From contig CAXXNO010000009.1 of NCBI GenBank assembly GCA_963663235.2, positions 84,580-148,579 of the forward strand: a DNA stretch of 64,000 bases, in the 5' to 3' direction. Both the position numbers and the translations under genes were made by a program. Shown here piece by piece: positions 62,101 through 64,000 of the stretch. Below the pieces are notes generated by a model. That model did not search any database. It had not been told where the DNA came from and saw only the letters and a program-made list of their open reading frames with translations. The stretch is from Dehalococcoidia bacterium. Its GTDB lineage: Bacteria > Chloroflexota > Dehalococcoidia > Bin125. Position 1 is the stretch's first letter. The number at the start of each line of letters is the position of its first letter.

Positions 62101-62422
62101 CGTAGTGCGGGTGGCCGGGCTGGAGGAGATGGCCGCGGATGGCCCGGTGACCATCGCGGGCCTCGTGGTCTGCCGCCAACAACCGGAAACGGCCAAAGGG
62201 TTCATCTTCCTGCTACTGGAGGACGAGACGGGGCTGGCCAACATCGTCGTCAGTCCACAGGTGCACAAGCAGTTCCAGGAGCTGGTGCGGCTAGAGCCGT
62301 TCGTCGTGGTGCACGGCGACTTGGAGCGCAAAGACGGCGTGACCAATGTGATAGGCCGGTCGCTGGAGCGGCTCGAGGTGCCGCCGGAGATGGTCGCGCC
62401 GGAGGCGCACAGCTTTCACTAG
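59165..62422 (+). CDS. dnaE2: Error-prone DNA polymerase DnaE2
   Basis: YVELHCHSGYSFLDGAS, GRGSS, PDIDLDF, PRHVSQHVGG, GFPKSHA, C-terminal AHSFH. Confidence 0.93.
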   Translation: MAYVELHCHSGYSFLDGASTPNELAHYAHALGHSALALTDTDGLYGAMEFAKAASAWGVRPIIGAEVTLAGPDGSRPRMDRPAEGYQLLLLVENAHGYANLCRLITAAHLAHEKGEPALDPALLATHANGLICLTGSPDHGEVARLASAGDLDGARAALARLVEWFGHSRIYVELQHHYAPGDRNRNERLVALARDCGLAVVATNDVHYHAPDRRRLQDVLVAIRTHQPLDACHRERFPNGEYYLKSEAEIRAAFADWPEAIEHTGEVAERCRFDIESQLTYRFPDYPTPQGEPPDAYLRAVCEATIRDRYSTVTGAVPPNVQARLEEELRLIARHRLAGFFLIYRDLIEEGKQVLAELRAERGDPTPVTHPPGRGRGSSVGSLVCYLIGLSHIDPIANDLFLGRFLNEEMAAVPDIDLDFSREVRERMIARVYERWGRDHVALTCTFPTYRTRGAIREVGKALGLPAPALDKLAKLAARTGVEDLPQEMARLPEFRDQTRTPMWRHFFRLVQEIHGLPRHVSQHVGGMIISSTPLVKCVPLENSRMPGRVVCQWDKDSIDDARFIKIDFLALGMLSAVDECLDRIRARTGKSVDLSRIDFADPRVYAAIQAGDTVGTFQVESRAQIQSIIRTRPENLEDLTVQVAIIRPGPIVGGAVNPYINRRMGRELVTYDHPLLEPALKETLGVVLYQEQVIEVVMAIGGFSPGQADQMRRAMRRKRSFEAMAEFWEAFRAGAAERGIARDLAETIFRKLLGFAEFGFPKSHAAAFGLLAYQSNWLRVHYPAEYLAALLNAQPMGFYSPEVLVGDAKRHEVPLLAPDINRSTDLCAPEGEGVRLGLAMVRSIGETPAKTIVQERDRYGAYGSLFDLYRRVPLRREGIEALIEACAFDWTGLERRELLWQVGLFYQPVAQPAGEAARTAPRPRQLPLALPTVQDQPPLRPMSRWKRLVADYRALGLSTVDHPMAALRNWLDQLHEGVVRVAGLEEMAADGPVTIAGLVVCRQQPETAKGFIFLLLEDETGLANIVVSPQVHKQFQELVRLEPFVVVHGDLERKDGVTNVIGRSLERLEVPPEMVAPEAHSFH

Positions 62423-62900
62423 GTCTGGAAGATCAGGAGGAATGCACCATCGAAGGTCGCCGATTCGCCTGGATCGGTGTAAGACGAGCGGACGATCAAG
62501 CAGTCGGTCAACCGCTCAAACCGGCTCAGCCCCTTTTCCTATCTGGTAGTGCAGGCCAGATGAGGTTGGGCACCCGTGGGACCACAACATGCCGTCCGAC
62601 GGCCCGCCGAGCGCTCAGATCTACCGGGAATCGTCGGCGATCCGAGTTTTGTGGTCCCACAGGTGCCGCTGCGCGGAGTGGAGAGCCGGTCGACGTGAGC
62701 GGCCGGCAGATCGGGCATCGGATGCTGATCGTGCACTGAGGTGGGGTGGAAGACACGTCGTACGGCCGCGTCATGGAATCGCGCGATAGATCCCGCACGT
62801 CGCCGGATCGCGACGCCCGCGGGCCGGTAGACTGCCGCCTATCGAGCAGCGCGCGATCTGGCGCGGCCGCCGCCGGCCGTGCCGGGCGAGAAAGGATGCG

Positions 62901-63675
62901 ATGGCGATGTATGAGACCGATCAGTACGAGGGCATGCTGGCCGAGACGATCACCGTGCGCGGCGCCGGCGGCGAATCTGATCCACGCGTACTTCGCGCGG
63001 CCGTTGGGGGCCGGGCCATTCCCCGGCGTCGTGCTCTTTCACCATATGCCGGGCTGGGACGAGTGGTACAAAGAGACGACTCGGCGCTACGCGCATCACG
63101 GCTACGCGACGATCAGCCCCGACCTCTACTGCCGTGCAGGACATGGTGCGCCGGACGACGTGACGGCCAAGATCCGGGCCGAGGGCGGTGTGGCGGACGA
63201 TCAGGTCGTGGCCGACGCGGAAGGGTGCATGGCGTATCTGCGCTCCTTGCCGATCCTGAACGGCAAGAACGGCCTGATGGGCACCTGTTCAGGCGGGCGG
63301 TATTCGTACCTGACCGGCTGCCGCTCAGACGGAGTCGACGCCGTGGTGGACTGCTGGGGAAGGGGCGTGGGTGATGGCCGACGACCGGCCTGACGCCGCA
63401 GCGTCCGGTCGCGCCGATCCGATCTCACCGAGTCCCTTCGCGCGCCCCTGCTGGGGTTATTCGGCGAGGACGATCAGAGCCCCACGCCCGATCAGGTGGC
63501 GCAACACGAAGAGGCGCTCAAGCAGCATGGCAAGCACTACGAGTTCCACATGTACCCCAATGCGGGGCACGGATTCTTCTACTACGACCGGCCGGCGGCC
63601 TACCGGGCCGGGCCGGCTGTGGACGGCTGGGAGAAGAACTGGGACTTCTTCGGCCGCACCTTGCAGTCGGCCTGA
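62901..63675 (+). CDS. Dienelactone hydrolase family protein (several frameshifts)
   Basis: YFARP...HHMPGWD, GTCSGGR, GLFGEDD, YPNAGHGFF spread over different frames. Confidence 0.75.
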
Positions 63676-63705
63676 GCGCGAGACGGGAACAAGGAGGCTA
63701 GGCCC

Positions 63706-63981
63706 ATGTGCACGATGATTGCTGAGCGCCTGACGGTGCAGGGGAGCGGGAAGGGCCGCGAGGGCTGGTTCCCCCTAACTCAGGCATACGTCTCATACGA
63801 CCACCCGATCTACGCGCCTTTGGATCACGCGCTGAACCTCGACTTCGTCAATGATGCGTCGGGGTTGGGGGCGCGTGTGGCGGTCGAGTTGGACGCGGCG
63901 TCCGCCGAGCAGTTGGCTCGGGCGATCCTGGAGGTGCTGGAGCAGGCCAAGTCCGAGCACCTGACCGATGGCGACCTGTGA
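63706..63981 (+). CDS. DUF6295-like protein
   Basis: MCTMI..GSGKG..GWF...YDHP...HALNLDF...RVAVEL; AAGGAGG RBS. Confidence 0.7.
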   Translation: MCTMIAERLTVQGSGKGREGWFPLTQAYVSYDHPIYAPLDHALNLDFVNDASGLGARVAVELDAASAEQLARAILEVLEQAKSEHLTDGDL

Positions 63982-64000
63982 AGGCTCGAAAATCCATCCG

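Overview
GC-rich bacterial chromosome segment, most likely Chloroflexota/Dehalococcoidia. This is an inference from several LLM oxidoreductases, a GAAC-N4-GTTC LexA box, a Trm112-type protein and a CxHHW Zn-ribbon protein. Core content: pncA-pncB, arsS plus a peroxidase-like partner, rnd, a Cys-free rpmJ, a PyrR-controlled pyrR-pyrB-pyrC-carA-carB-pyrK operon with pyrD displaced 8.6 kb, a SufR-like/ApbC/NYN cluster, tRNA-Pro(TGG), tRNA-Arg(CCG), many catabolic hydrolases and oxidoreductases, a decaying PAS two-component system, a composite integrated element (50.4-57.5 kb) and an SOS imuB-dnaE2 cassette. Two signals stand out. (1) An IS3-family element (50591-51834) carries dozens of inferred substitutions that are almost all A:T->C:G, while its neighbours look clean, which suggests IS-targeted hypermutation. 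(2) A CCCCCTCTCCATCG/CGATGGAGAGGGGG hairpin element occurs at three gene junctions of the pyr operon. At pyrC and carA it sits between duplicated gene starts, and the carA start plus hairpin also appears 9 kb away as a tandem array. About ten single-base frameshifts, one of them in carB, suggest long-read assembly indels. All family assignments come from motif recognition by eye, not database searches.
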